A DNA stretch of 64,000 nt from an uncultured cyanobacterium (lineage in GTDB: Bacteria > Cyanobacteriota > Cyanobacteriia > PCC-9006 > JAAUQQ01): the NCBI GenBank assembly GCA_963718615.1, contig OY970368.1, positions 3,232,001 to 3,296,000 on the forward strand, written 5' to 3'. Below the pieces are notes generated by a model that was not told the origin of the DNA, ran no database searches, and saw nothing but the letters and a program-made list of their open reading frames with translations. This document shows, one piece after another, positions 50,529 to 61,208 of this stretch; the stretch's first letter is position 1; each line of letters opens with the position of its first letter. The translations under genes were made by a program, and so were the position numbers.

Positions 50529-50630
50529 CTTCAAAAGCATTTTTGTGGATTGCGTTTGCGCTGACAAGCGTAGTCTTTCTTTTCTATTTAGATCAAAACT
50601 TAGGCCAAACCTTAGGCTAAAACTGAGATC

Positions 50631-51926
50631 TCAGAAAGATTGCCCAACGATCCAACGCATTCCTAAAAACACCAGTGCCGCTAAACTGGCCGCTGCGGGA
50701 AGAGTAACGATCCAGGTTAATAAAATCGATCGCAACGTTCCCCATTGCAACTTGCGCCAATCCCGCAGCTGCACCCAACCTACGCCTACAACTGCCCCCA
50801 CCAAAGCATGGGAGGTAGAAACGGGAAGACCCCAACGGGAGGCAGCCAGTACCGTTGTTGCCGTGGCTAATTCTGCGCAAAACCCGCTGCTGGGCTGAAG
50901 TGCAATAATCGATTCGCCAATGGTTTTAATCACCCGATGCCCTAAAATTGCCAACCCTAAGACAATCCCAACACCCCCCAAAATCAAAATTTCTAGGGGC
51001 ATTTCAAAGCGATCGCCCGGTAGCTCTTGGGTTTGCAAAAAATAGGCGATCGCCCCCACCGGAGCCACCGCATTGCCCACATCATTAGCCCCATGGGCAA
51101 AGGCGACAAAACAGGCGCTAACCACCTGAAACCGCGCAAAAATTCGCTCAATGGGATGGTTTTGCAATTCCTTCCAAGCATTCCAACTCAGTCCCGCGAC
51201 CCCGATTCCGCCTAACAGTAAGCCTAGATCCTGCTGGGGGATCGGCAAATTTGCCAGCGGCGTTCGTTCTAGGGCGGGAAAGGCGATCGCTCCAAATACA
51301 CCAAACAACAACACCGCTAGCCAAGGAATCCACTCCCACAACTGTCTCAGCGGTTGCGCTTGCATCAAAATCCAGTGCCGCACCAAGCTATAAAATCCGG
51401 CGGCGATCGCCCCACTCACCAAGGGCGTGACGATCCAAGCCAGGGAAATCTGCCCCAATGCGCCCCAGTTCACAACATCTGCGCCTGCGGCAACCAGGCC
51501 CACCCCCGCTAATGCGCCCACAACCGTATGAGAAGCGGAAACCGGTAAACCGCTGAGGGTGGCGAGATTGAGCCAAACCCCGGCAGAGAGCAGCACCGAT
51601 AGCATGGCCAACAGCCAATCCTGAGGAGCCGCATCCCAGGCACTGGGGGTGATAATGCCATTGACCAAACGGGCCGAGACTTCGTGGCCCAGCAACACCG
51701 CGCCGGTAAACTCCAGAATGCCAGCCAGGACAATCGCTTGGACCAACGTAATCGCCTTCGCACCGACGGACGTGCCCATGGCATTGGCGACATCGTTGGC
51801 CCCCAGGTTAAAGGCCAAATAGAGCCCGAGGATCGCTGCCACAATCAAGCCAGCATCAGCCAATCCCGCTGAGATGCCGGTTGTCAATGCATCCCCTGTC
51901 AGCGCACCCACGATCAGTCCATCCAT
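50631..51926 (-). CDS. PiT-family inorganic phosphate transporter
   Basis: GANDVANAMGT and HGANDVGNA repeats; GLPVSTSH. Confidence 0.93.
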   Translation of the reverse strand: MDGLIVGALTGDALTTGISAGLADAGLIVAAILGLYLAFNLGANDVANAMGTSVGAKAITLVQAIVLAGILEFTGAVLLGHEVSARLVNGIITPSAWDAAPQDWLLAMLSVLLSAGVWLNLATLSGLPVSASHTVVGALAGVGLVAAGADVVNWGALGQISLAWIVTPLVSGAIAAGFYSLVRHWILMQAQPLRQLWEWIPWLAVLLFGVFGAIAFPALERTPLANLPIPQQDLGLLLGGIGVAGLSWNAWKELQNHPIERIFARFQVVSACFVAFAHGANDVGNAVAPVGAIAYFLQTQELPGDRFEMPLEILILGGVGIVLGLAILGHRVIKTIGESIIALQPSSGFCAELATATTVLAASRWGLPVSTSHALVGAVVGVGWVQLRDWRKLQWGTLRSILLTWIVTLPAAASLAALVFLGMRWIVGQSF

Positions 51927-52915
51927 AGAAAATCCGCAATTTTATCGTCCGCTGAATTCGCGTTCTCCTCGGCAAGCGTTGCCTCGCTGGGATTGAGCAG
52001 AACCGTTGCCTGACGAACCGTGGGGCCAAGCCGTCGCGCGACTCGGCTGGGAATACCATAGTTGTAAATGACGTGACCCTGACCCGCGAGGACCACGATT
52101 TGATAATCCGGATGGGCCTGGGCAAACTGGGCGATCGCCTCCGCCATGGTTTCATCCCAGAGAACTTGAGCCGCAAAAAAGTTCTCAAAGTCCATGGTGC
52201 TGGAGTGACTGCCGTGGTGATGGGCAAACGCCCCTTGGACAAATTTGCGATAGCGGCGGTTGATTGCGTTTTCGCTGAGGTCGATGGCTGCCAGGGGCGG
52301 AATTAGGGCTTGGTCTTCTGGGGTTAAGCTCGCTAAACCTTGACGCGCCACTTTTTTGGTGATTTCAGTCGGTGTATTGAGGGCTAAGAGCGGCAATTTC
52401 TGAGCCTGGCCAAACCGCAAAATTGGCCCATAGAACGCCCAGGGAAACCCCCAGCGCGTTTCGTATTCGGTTTGGGCAATCAGATCGGCCTCGCTGATTT
52501 CACCGGCTCCATAGCGATCGAGCACCGGTTGAAACGGTCGCTGGAACATTTCAAAGGCGATCGCCAGTTGAGGATTAGCCCCGTGAAGCTGTTCCAGAAT
52601 TTTGAGCTGAGCCCGATGATCCGCCTCGCTGCTGTGAGTTTCGCCCAGATAAACAATTTGAACTGACTGAAGCTGCTGGAGGATTGCGGCGGCGGAGGCC
52701 GGGGGGGATGGGGGCTGTTCTAGACGCGAAGGATTCGGGCCAGGATTCGGGCCAGGATTCGGGCTCAGCCCTTGGGCCATGCAGCCGAGGGCTCCCAGGG
52801 TTAAAGTCCCCACGAGGAGTGAGGCGATCGCCCAAGCGACCCTGTGCCCAGACAAACTGGGTCCAGACAAACTGGGTCCAGACGGATGCGGTTTGAGAGA
52901 AGCTTGTTTGGCCAC
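51914..52915 (-). CDS. ChaN-family lipoprotein (start uncertain)
   Basis: Lipobox LGALGC, VYLGETH, AFEMF, AQVLWDETMA, LAGQGH. Confidence 0.85.
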   Translation of the reverse strand: MAKQASLKPHPSGPSLSGPSLSGHRVAWAIASLLVGTLTLGALGCMAQGLSPNPGPNPGPNPSRLEQPPSPPASAAAILQQLQSVQIVYLGETHSSEADHRAQLKILEQLHGANPQLAIAFEMFQRPFQPVLDRYGAGEISEADLIAQTEYETRWGFPWAFYGPILRFGQAQKLPLLALNTPTEITKKVARQGLASLTPEDQALIPPLAAIDLSENAINRRYRKFVQGAFAHHHGSHSSTMDFENFFAAQVLWDETMAEAIAQFAQAHPDYQIVVLAGQGHVIYNYGIPSRVARRLGPTVRQATVLLNPSEATLAEENANSADDKIADFLWMD

Positions 52916-52916
52916 G

Positions 52917-55172
52917 TTACTGACGGAAATGGGATCGAGATGAAGCCTCCTGGTTTGCAGGATTGGCATTAAAGCTTAAACTGGCGGGCAAACTTCGTCC
53001 TTGGTGATAGGCTGCGGTCTGGGTAAAGTATTGGCGCGATTCCCGCTTGCCCTGTACCCCGTTGATCACGATGCCCAACACCGACTGAGCCGACTGATGC
53101 AGCAACTCCTTGCCGCTATTGGCACTGGCCACATCCAATACCCCAGGCCTTGTCACCAATAATAGCCCATCCGTCGCATGGCCCAGGGGCAATGTGTCAG
53201 CCACCAGGGTGAGAGGCGCGGTGTCGAGCAGGACAAAGTCGAAATGCTCTTCAAAATGACGGAGGAGCGATCGCATCCGGTCCGAATCCAGCAAGGCTAG
53301 GGGATTGGGCGGAATCGTTCCAGCGGGAATCACGGTTAGATTGGGCAGCACCTGATGCATGGCAGTTTGGGGGTCAATCTGGCCGATGATCAGATCCGAG
53401 AGACCGCTGCTGGGACCCAGCCCCCAAACCCAGTGCTGGACGGGATAGCGTAAATCTGCATCAATCAGCAAAACACGATGACCGAGTTCGGCGAGGGCGA
53501 TCGCCAAATTCGCCGAAACAGTAGATTTTCCTTCCTGAGGAACAAAACTCGTAATCGCCACCGACTTTAACTGGCTATCGGGACTGAGAAACTTGAGTTT
53601 CGCCTGGAGCATCCGATAGGCTTCGCTGCTCAGGGTACTGGGCTCATCCCGCACCGAGAGTTGAGGCAAAAAAGCTTCCGCACTGCCCCGGCGCGCTAGT
53701 TTAGTGGCAGGAACGATTCCCAGCAAGGGATAGGGAAAGCGATCGCGCACATCCTTAGCGGTTTGCACCGAAGAATCCAGCAAGTCCAACAGCAGTGCCG
53801 TCGCCAGCCCCAGCAGTCCGGCTCCCAGAACGCCCGCCACTGGCAGGAGCAACTGTTTTTTCGAGATCGTCGGATCGGTCGGTGTGATCGCCGGAGACAG
53901 AACCCGCACATTGCCCAGGTTTTGATTTTCGGCAATTTGAACCTCTTGCAGCCGATCGACCAAATTTTTGTAATTGTTCTGGGTGAGTTCGACCTGGCGT
54001 TCTAGCTGGCGCTGGAGCTGATTCAAACGCGGCAAGCTATTGGCCCGCTGCTGGTAGGCTTGGCGAATCTGTCGCAGCGTCAAAAACTGATTTTGCAGGC
54101 TCTGACGATTAACTTCAACATCAACGAGATCCTGGAGCAATTTGGCCTTAATGGTATCCAGCTGAAAATTGCTGATGGCTACCCCCTGTTCGCCCAAAAC
54201 CCTCGCCACACGAGACTGGAGCAGCAAACGCAGGGAACGCTCCTGGTCCTTCAGCAACGTGACATTAGGACTCGTCTCGGTGTAAACCGCCCGTTGAAGG
54301 GCTAGCTGCTGCTGTACTGTCTCATACTGGGTTAAGGCATCTTGAACAGATTTGGATTCTCCCAGAGCGTTGAGGGCGATCGCCTGTTGCTCCGAAATCC
54401 CCAGCTTCTGCTGCAAACTCGCAGACTGAGCCACACTCCCCGACAATGCGGTTTGTACCTGGGACATCTGTTTATCCAAATCGCTAATATTGGTGACTGC
54501 GCTCTCCGCTTCCTTTTGCAGCTCCACCACCGAATTTTGCTCTTGAAAAAGCTGAAGATTGGCTTCGGCCTTGCGTAGCTGCTCCGCTACCTGGGGCAGC
54601 TTTTGACCAATAAATCCTCGTGCCGCCGCTGCTTCCTCGCGGTTGATCTGAATATTTTTCTCGATGTAAAGCTGCATGAGCTGGTTGACCAAACGAGCCG
54701 CCTGCTCAGGATCCCCCGATTCGTAGGTGACGCTGAGAATATCTGCCCCTTTAATCGGCTTAACCTCCAGGGCCTCCGCCACCGCGCTAGCCTGGAGCGG
54801 CGTTCCGTCCTCTGCCCGCAGATCGAGCTGGGCAATCACCGCTTGTAAAAGGGGAGTGCTACGCACAACCTCAGCTTCCGTATCGAGCGGCGTATTGAGC
54901 GCATTTAGCCCCTCCAGCTCCCCCGGATTTCGCCCCGGATTCCCCTGGGTCAAGAGTGACAGGGCTTCGTCTCGCTTTTTGACCAGCAATTGGCCCTCCG
55001 CCACATAGTAAGGCTGCTGGCGAGAGGCCAAAAACAGAGCCCCGGCAATAACCCCCATCCCGACAAGCACCGCAGGCAACCATCGGCGACGCAACACCAT
55101 GCCATAGGCGGCCAAATCGCCAAGGGACTCAGGTTCCGCTTGGGGGAGACGAACTTGATTAATTGACTGCAT
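52917..55172 (-). CDS. GumC/Wzc polysaccharide co-polymerase with tyrosine autokinase domain
   Basis: Two TM helices around coiled coils; EAYRML, PQEGKST, LIDADLR, LLDTAP. Confidence 0.92.
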   Translation of the reverse strand: MQSINQVRLPQAEPESLGDLAAYGMVLRRRWLPAVLVGMGVIAGALFLASRQQPYYVAEGQLLVKKRDEALSLLTQGNPGRNPGELEGLNALNTPLDTEAEVVRSTPLLQAVIAQLDLRAEDGTPLQASAVAEALEVKPIKGADILSVTYESGDPEQAARLVNQLMQLYIEKNIQINREEAAAARGFIGQKLPQVAEQLRKAEANLQLFQEQNSVVELQKEAESAVTNISDLDKQMSQVQTALSGSVAQSASLQQKLGISEQQAIALNALGESKSVQDALTQYETVQQQLALQRAVYTETSPNVTLLKDQERSLRLLLQSRVARVLGEQGVAISNFQLDTIKAKLLQDLVDVEVNRQSLQNQFLTLRQIRQAYQQRANSLPRLNQLQRQLERQVELTQNNYKNLVDRLQEVQIAENQNLGNVRVLSPAITPTDPTISKKQLLLPVAGVLGAGLLGLATALLLDLLDSSVQTAKDVRDRFPYPLLGIVPATKLARRGSAEAFLPQLSVRDEPSTLSSEAYRMLQAKLKFLSPDSQLKSVAITSFVPQEGKSTVSANLAIALAELGHRVLLIDADLRYPVQHWVWGLGPSSGLSDLIIGQIDPQTAMHQVLPNLTVIPAGTIPPNPLALLDSDRMRSLLRHFEEHFDFVLLDTAPLTLVADTLPLGHATDGLLLVTRPGVLDVASANSGKELLHQSAQSVLGIVINGVQGKRESRQYFTQTAAYHQGRSLPASLSFNANPANQEASSRSHFRQ

Positions 55173-55743
55173 TTGCTAACCCCACCTTTCAGTCATCGAA
55201 CGGTCACACTTATATAGAGAAGCCCTAACGATCACCCCCGACCCTAGCACCACAGACGGACTACTGCATCAAGCATATAGACTATGCGGCAGCAGGCCGA
55301 GGCCAAAAAGTCCGGAAGGTTTGCGGACTCTTCACAAAAACATTGAGTTTCTCAATGCAAACTTTACGAAGCCGCCATAGGATTTCGAAATACACTACGG
55401 AAAGTCTCAGCGTTATTACCGACCTGACGAGAGAATAAGTAGATGCAAAAATTACGGAAGTGACTTGCTGAACTTCAATCAAATCATAAAGGAAATGCTG
55501 AAGATAGCGTGTCGTCACTGAACTCTCACCCTAGAAAATGTATCCTAGAGTTGCGGAGAACCCGGTCTATTATCGTGATTTGAGCTTTTCTCCTGGAGAA
55601 ATACCAGCGTTTTCCGATCGCGACGCAGACCCGTGAAAGATACTGAAATTCTCTGTTGAATTGAGTTCTCTGTTGCATAAAATCGTTAGCCGTTTTTGCC
55701 GGGTTGCATTCTTAATAAAACCGACGGATTGAGATCAAATACT

Positions 55744-56961
55744 ATGGCGCAGACATCGGTAACCAATTGGCCCTTGAATCGACCCGCAAGAGTCGCGCTA
55801 CTGTCCGGGCGTCAGGTTCGGCATCACGTTTCAGATGCCATGATCTATGAGTTTGAGAACTGCGTCGCAGCAATGGATCAAGTAGATCTGTTGACCTATA
55901 ACGGGTCCCCCGATCGCGCCCGTCAAGTGTATGCCCTGACCCATCAGTGGGTTCGCTCCCATACCTTGGCCCAGTGGGTGACTCCGTCGGTGGGTCCTGT
56001 CCAATCCTTGGAGCAGGATTACGATCTCTTTGTAGTGGTCCTGAGGAATATTTTTGAAGTGGCGGCGTTGAGCTCGCTGAAGAATTGGCGCGATCGCTCC
56101 CGTCAAGCGGTTTGTATTTTGATGGAAGCTTGGGATAAACCCCACTGGCTGGAGGATCGGCGATCGCTATTTGAGTGGCTGAAGCCCTTTGATCATATTT
56201 TTCTAGGGAATGAAAACGCGGTTGCAGCAGTGCAGGCCGTTACCGGACGCCCCTGTTCCTATTTGCCCTTGGGGGTCGATGCCTTAAGCTTTTATCCCTA
56301 CGGCAAAGGCCATCGACCCGATGGCCGCGAGGCCCAGGCCCGACCCATTAAGGTTTCTTCCCTGGGACGACGCTCAGACATCACCCACCGAGCGCTGTTG
56401 GATTGGGCGCGATCGCAAAATATTTTTTACTATTACGACACCGCTTATAATCTCCACTTTGTCGACCACGAAGAGCATCGGTCGATGTATGCCAATTTGC
56501 TCAAGCGCAGTCAGTATTTTATTTGCAACTACAGTCGCATTAACGAAAATCACAACCAGCCTCGATACCAGGAAATTGCAGCTCGGTTCTATGAAGGGGC
56601 GGCAGCCGGAGCGGTTCTCATTGGCATGGCCCCTACCACCGAACGCTTCCAGGAGCAGTTTGGCTGGGAAGATGCGGTGATTCCCATGGCCTTTGATGAA
56701 CCGCAAATCGAGCAGGTGTTGCGACGGCTAGATGCGGAGCCGGAGCGCTTAGCCGCGATCCAACACCGCAATGTGATCCAGTCCTTGCGCCGCCATGACT
56801 GGGCCTATCGTTGGCGATCGCTCTTAGAAACCCTCGACATGCCGCCCCTGGCAGCGCTGCTGGCGCGCCTTGAAAAACTCAATCGCATGGCTACATCGTT
56901 AGAAAACGCTGCTCTATCGACGAATCTCAGCACTCTTCCCAGCAATTCCCATGCCGCTTGA
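55744..56961 (+). CDS. Glycosyltransferase (GT-B, CgeB-like)
   Basis: YLPLGVD, SLGRR, RFYEGAAAGAVLIG, RHDWAYRW. Confidence 0.85.
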   Translation: MAQTSVTNWPLNRPARVALLSGRQVRHHVSDAMIYEFENCVAAMDQVDLLTYNGSPDRARQVYALTHQWVRSHTLAQWVTPSVGPVQSLEQDYDLFVVVLRNIFEVAALSSLKNWRDRSRQAVCILMEAWDKPHWLEDRRSLFEWLKPFDHIFLGNENAVAAVQAVTGRPCSYLPLGVDALSFYPYGKGHRPDGREAQARPIKVSSLGRRSDITHRALLDWARSQNIFYYYDTAYNLHFVDHEEHRSMYANLLKRSQYFICNYSRINENHNQPRYQEIAARFYEGAAAGAVLIGMAPTTERFQEQFGWEDAVIPMAFDEPQIEQVLRRLDAEPERLAAIQHRNVIQSLRRHDWAYRWRSLLETLDMPPLAALLARLEKLNRMATSLENAALSTNLSTLPSNSHAA

Positions 56962-57189
56962 AGGGTTGATCTGGGGAAATTTCTAGGGAAATTACGGACG
57001 GATTCATAAAAATTTCAAGAAGTTTCTGTAAATACGGATAGTCCTTTTAGCAAGATAAACCCGGCCCTCTACAATAGGCAGGAATAAATAGGGATATAGC
57101 GCGCCGATGGTTGCGGACTATTTTTAGACGCAACGAAATTACTGTGAACGATGACTGTGAACGGTTCTTTGTGTAAGGGGCGTTGATCT

Positions 57190-58524
57190 GTGGGCGGTGG
57201 AGGAATTGCAACACGCGTTCGTACCGTGTTGAAAAGTGGAATTGCCAAGGGTGCGGCTGGGTCTTTTGGGCTCAAAGTGGTTTCCCTTGGAATCTCGTTT
57301 GTAACCAATGTGGTGCTGGCCCGTCAGCTCGGTGCAACGGACTATGGAGCCTATGTCTATGCCCTGGCCTGGATTACGTTTTTGGGGATTCCGGCCAGTT
57401 TAGGATTACCTGAGTATTTGATTCGAGAGGTAGCAATTTATCGCGCGAAGGAAGATTGGAGCCATCTGCGCGGGCTGCTGCATTGGGCCAATGGCCTGGT
57501 CCTGGTGTTGTCCCTGGGGACTGGGGCGATCGCCGCTGCGGTGATCGCCGCTTTAGATTTGTCCCCACAACTGCGCCTGATTTTTTGGCTGATGTTGTTG
57601 GTGATGCCCTTGGCTTCGCTCACGGGGTTGCGCCAGGGCACGATGAAGGGGCTCAACCGCGTGGTGGTTGGCGATTTTCCAGAACTGCTGGTGCGTCCTA
57701 CGCTCTTTCTCGGACTGGTCGGTTTGGGCATTTTGCTTTTGGGGCAAAGGCTTACCGCCGTGTGGGTCATGGGAATTTATGGGGTCACCGTTGCCCTGGC
57801 CTTTGGGGTTGGGGCTTGGCTCCTGTACCGCAGTTTGCCGGAGGCGGTGCATCGGGTTGAATCCCGCCAGATGCCGGGGCTGTGGTTCCGGGCGACGCTG
57901 CCGTTTTTGCTAATCGTGGCCATGTTTGTGGTCAATCAGCAGACAGATGTCATGATGCTGGGGTTGTTGCAGGGGACCGATGCTGCTGGCATTTACACCG
58001 TGGTGGGTCGCGGCACGCAGCTGATTCAGTTTGCGCTAATGGCGATTAGCTCGGCGACGGGGCCGACGCTGGCCGGTTTAGTCAGTCGGGAGGACTGGTC
58101 GCAGCTCAAGCAAGTCTTGACCAATAGTTCGCGGCTGTTGCTGGGGTCTACCCTGGCGATCGCCCTCACCCTCATGCTTTTGGGCCGCTGGTTTTTGGCG
58201 ATTTTCGGGCCTGAATTTGTGGCGGGCTATCCCGCACTGATTATTTTGGGCTGTGGTTACTTGATGAGCGCACCGCTAGAGCTAGCCGGTTTATTGCTGC
58301 TCATGAGTGGTCATGAACGGGAAACGGCGATCGGCACCGGCATGACCGCGACACTCAATGTGATTTTTAATGCGCTGCTGATTCCCCGCTGGGGACTGGC
58401 CGGGGCGGCGTTGGCGACGAGCCTCAGCATGGTTATCCGGGGGAGTTATTTTATGATTCGCGCTCACCAGCGACTGCACATGGTTCCCAATCCCCTGGCT
58501 TCAGGGTCCTCTCAGTCATCATGA
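57190..58524 (+). CDS. Wzx-type flippase
   Basis: LARQLGATDYG, TDVMMLG, AGIY, LIPRWGLAGAA; multiple TM helices. Confidence 0.9.
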   Translation: MGGGGIATRVRTVLKSGIAKGAAGSFGLKVVSLGISFVTNVVLARQLGATDYGAYVYALAWITFLGIPASLGLPEYLIREVAIYRAKEDWSHLRGLLHWANGLVLVLSLGTGAIAAAVIAALDLSPQLRLIFWLMLLVMPLASLTGLRQGTMKGLNRVVVGDFPELLVRPTLFLGLVGLGILLLGQRLTAVWVMGIYGVTVALAFGVGAWLLYRSLPEAVHRVESRQMPGLWFRATLPFLLIVAMFVVNQQTDVMMLGLLQGTDAAGIYTVVGRGTQLIQFALMAISSATGPTLAGLVSREDWSQLKQVLTNSSRLLLGSTLAIALTLMLLGRWFLAIFGPEFVAGYPALIILGCGYLMSAPLELAGLLLLMSGHERETAIGTGMTATLNVIFNALLIPRWGLAGAALATSLSMVIRGSYFMIRAHQRLHMVPNPLASGSSQSS

Positions 58525-59807
58525 AGGTTTTACTGCTCAATACTGCCGATCGCGACGGGGGCGCAGCACGGGCGGCCCAGCGGCTGCATCAAGGACTGGA
58601 TCATCAAGGACTGGACTGTCAAATGTGGGTACAGTCCCGCACCGGTCAAAATCCCCAGGTGCGCGGCCCCAAAACCCGGTTTGCCCAGGGGGTGGCCCAA
58701 GCCCGTCTGAGTCTTGATGCCCTGCCGCTCAAGCGTTATCCCCAGCGTCAAGACCAAACCTTTTCGGTCCAGTGGGTGCCGGATCAGCTTGCACCGGCGA
58801 TCGCCCAATGGCAGCCCGACGTGATCAATCTCCACTGGATCAACGAAGCCTTTGTGCGGCTGGAGTCCTTGGCCCAATGGCATCGTCCCCTGGTCTGGAC
58901 GCTCCACGATATGTGGCCCTTTACCGGCGGCTGTCACTACGCCTTTGATTGCGATCGCTACACCGAACAGTGCGGCCAATGCCCCCAATTAGGGAGCGAT
59001 CGCCCCCAGGATCTCTCGCACCAAATCTGGCAACGCAAAGCCCAAACCTGGAAAAATCTTGATCTCACCGTTGTCACCGTCAGCCACTGGCTTGCCGACT
59101 GTGCCCGGCGCAGTTCGTTGTTTGGCCCGCGACCGATCGAAGTGATTGCCAACGGCATTGATACCGAGCTCTATCGACCCATTGACCGGCAGTGGGCAAG
59201 GCAGTTGTTGCAATTGCCCCAGGATAAGGCGCTGATTTTGTTTGGGGCGGTTTCGGCGACGGGCGATCGCCGCAAGGGATTTCATCTGTTGCAGCCTGCG
59301 TTGCAGCGGTTGTGTCGGGCTGAGGAATGGCGCGATCGCCTAGAGCTTGTGGTGTTTGGGTCCGAGCAACCCGCCGATCCGCCGGATTTTGGCACGCAGG
59401 TTCACTATCTGGGCAGTTTCCGAGACGATTTGTCCCTGGCCTTGGTCTATGCAGCAGCGGATTTGTTTGTCTTACCCTCCCTGGAAGAAAATTTAGCCAA
59501 CACGATCATGGAAGCCCTCGCCTGCGGGACGCCCTGCGTGGCCTTTAAGGTGGGCGGCATGCCGGACTTAATCGAGCATGAGCGCAATGGCTATTTGGCC
59601 CAGCCCTACGACATTAAGGATTTGGCCCAGGGATTGGCCTGGGTATTGAGCGATCCCGCGCGGCGGCATCGGCTCTCCGCCCGCAGCCGCGAAAAAGTCC
59701 TGGAAGAATTCACCCAAGCCCGCCAGGCCCAGGCTTACAAACAGCTTTTTCGCTATCTTTTGTCTGAATCTCGTCTGTCTGAATCTCATCAGGAGGAGCC
59801 GTCATGA
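58521..59807 (+). CDS. GT4 glycosyltransferase (WcaC-like)
   Basis: GGAARAA, INLHW, WTLHDMW..TGGCHY, EENLANTIMEALACGTP. Confidence 0.92.
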   Translation: MKVLLLNTADRDGGAARAAQRLHQGLDHQGLDCQMWVQSRTGQNPQVRGPKTRFAQGVAQARLSLDALPLKRYPQRQDQTFSVQWVPDQLAPAIAQWQPDVINLHWINEAFVRLESLAQWHRPLVWTLHDMWPFTGGCHYAFDCDRYTEQCGQCPQLGSDRPQDLSHQIWQRKAQTWKNLDLTVVTVSHWLADCARRSSLFGPRPIEVIANGIDTELYRPIDRQWARQLLQLPQDKALILFGAVSATGDRRKGFHLLQPALQRLCRAEEWRDRLELVVFGSEQPADPPDFGTQVHYLGSFRDDLSLALVYAAADLFVLPSLEENLANTIMEALACGTPCVAFKVGGMPDLIEHERNGYLAQPYDIKDLAQGLAWVLSDPARRHRLSARSREKVLEEFTQARQAQAYKQLFRYLLSESRLSESHQEEPS

Positions 59808-61123
59808 CAACGTTTGCCCTCCTGATGCGCACCTTGCGCCGCCTTGAACCTTGGGTGGCGGGCATCTTCTTTTTCTATTTTCTGGGAGTCAACGTGCCGC
59901 CCTTTGCGGTGTCTGCGCTCAATGCCCTGAGTTATCCTGTGATCTTGGTTTTGCTAGGGAGCTGTTGGCGGCAGGTGCTCAGCACGCTCACCGTGGATCT
60001 GCCCCTACTCTTGCTCCATCTCCTGGGCTTCGGCTCGATTCTTTGGTCTGCCGCACCTGAGTTTACGGGGGATGAATCGAAGACACTGATTCGAGCGGGA
60101 CTGTTTGGGGTGTATTTGGCGGTGCGGTTTGGTTTGGCAGGCACAATTCAGTTGATTCGCTGGCCATTTATGGTGGGGGCGATCGCCAGTTTCCTGGCGG
60201 GTGCAGCCCTACCCAGCTATGGGGTTCACCTTACCGACGAATGGGCAGGGTCTTGGAAAGGTGTTTTTATTTTTAAGAACCTTTTTGCTTCCCAGATGGT
60301 CCTCTCCTGTGTCTTATTTGTCTTACTGGCCTTGGGATTACGACAGTGGCGCTACTGGGGATTGACGGCACTGTCGCTGTTGCTACTGGTCCTGAGCCGA
60401 GGCAAAACCGCCATGGCCAGTTTGGCGCTGGTTCTGTATTTATTGCCCCTCTATTTCTTTATTCGACAGCAACTCAAACTTCGGGGTCTGCTGCTAGTGA
60501 CTGGGCTACTGGTGACCTTGATGGTGACCCTGGTCGGTTATTTGAATCTTGAGCTGATCGTGGTCGATTTTCTGGGCAAAAACCTTGAATTTAACGGTCG
60601 TTTACCCATCTGGACGCTGATGCTGGAAAAGGGCATGGAACGGTTTTGGCTGGGCTATGGCTATACGGCCTTTTGGACATCCCATGCGTCCGACTATATT
60701 CTGACCCACACCTGGGCCGCCGGAGCTAGGTCTGCGGGGCTGCGGTTTAATGCCCACAATGGTTACATCGATTTATTCCTACAGCTCGGATTTGTGGGAC
60801 TCGCTTGCTTTTTTCTCAGCTTTATCCGCACGGTTTGGCAAGCCTTGCGGCTATTGGTGGCCACCCAGGCCATCGAGTTTTTCTGGATTTTGCTGACGCT
60901 CTTTGCAATCTTTCTGGTGAATTTGGCCGATAGTTTGAGTATTGCCTCCAGCGGCAGCCATTGGAGCCTCTATGTGGCCTGTGCGGTAATTACGGCTGTG
61001 GAATACCAGCAGCTGCGAAAGGCCGAGCGGAGACCTGGAGTTGGCGCTAATGTTGATGAGCCCCTCTTGAGGGCATCTCCCCGTGACATGGGCCAACCCT
61101 TCCCCGCTCCTAGGATGGAGTAA
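59804..61123 (+). CDS. O-antigen ligase/Wzy polymerase family protein
   Basis: WKGVF..KN, SRGKTA, NGRLPIW, LGYGY, AHNGYID. Confidence 0.9.
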   Translation: MTTFALLMRTLRRLEPWVAGIFFFYFLGVNVPPFAVSALNALSYPVILVLLGSCWRQVLSTLTVDLPLLLLHLLGFGSILWSAAPEFTGDESKTLIRAGLFGVYLAVRFGLAGTIQLIRWPFMVGAIASFLAGAALPSYGVHLTDEWAGSWKGVFIFKNLFASQMVLSCVLFVLLALGLRQWRYWGLTALSLLLLVLSRGKTAMASLALVLYLLPLYFFIRQQLKLRGLLLVTGLLVTLMVTLVGYLNLELIVVDFLGKNLEFNGRLPIWTLMLEKGMERFWLGYGYTAFWTSHASDYILTHTWAAGARSAGLRFNAHNGYIDLFLQLGFVGLACFFLSFIRTVWQALRLLVATQAIEFFWILLTLFAIFLVNLADSLSIASSGSHWSLYVACAVITAVEYQQLRKAERRPGVGANVDEPLLRASPRDMGQPFPAPRME

Positions 61124-61208
61124 CGGAAGATTGCCCCCAGATTATACGGACCTGGCTGTGCCACCTCTGCTGCGTTTTTTCTTGTGTTGACCTGTTTTGA
61201 GCCCCGCC

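Noticed and set aside
55282-55518. Short ORFs in regulatory spacers (also 20967-21176 and 26336-26605)
   Set aside because: Weak starts, no motifs, and they overlap probable promoter elements.
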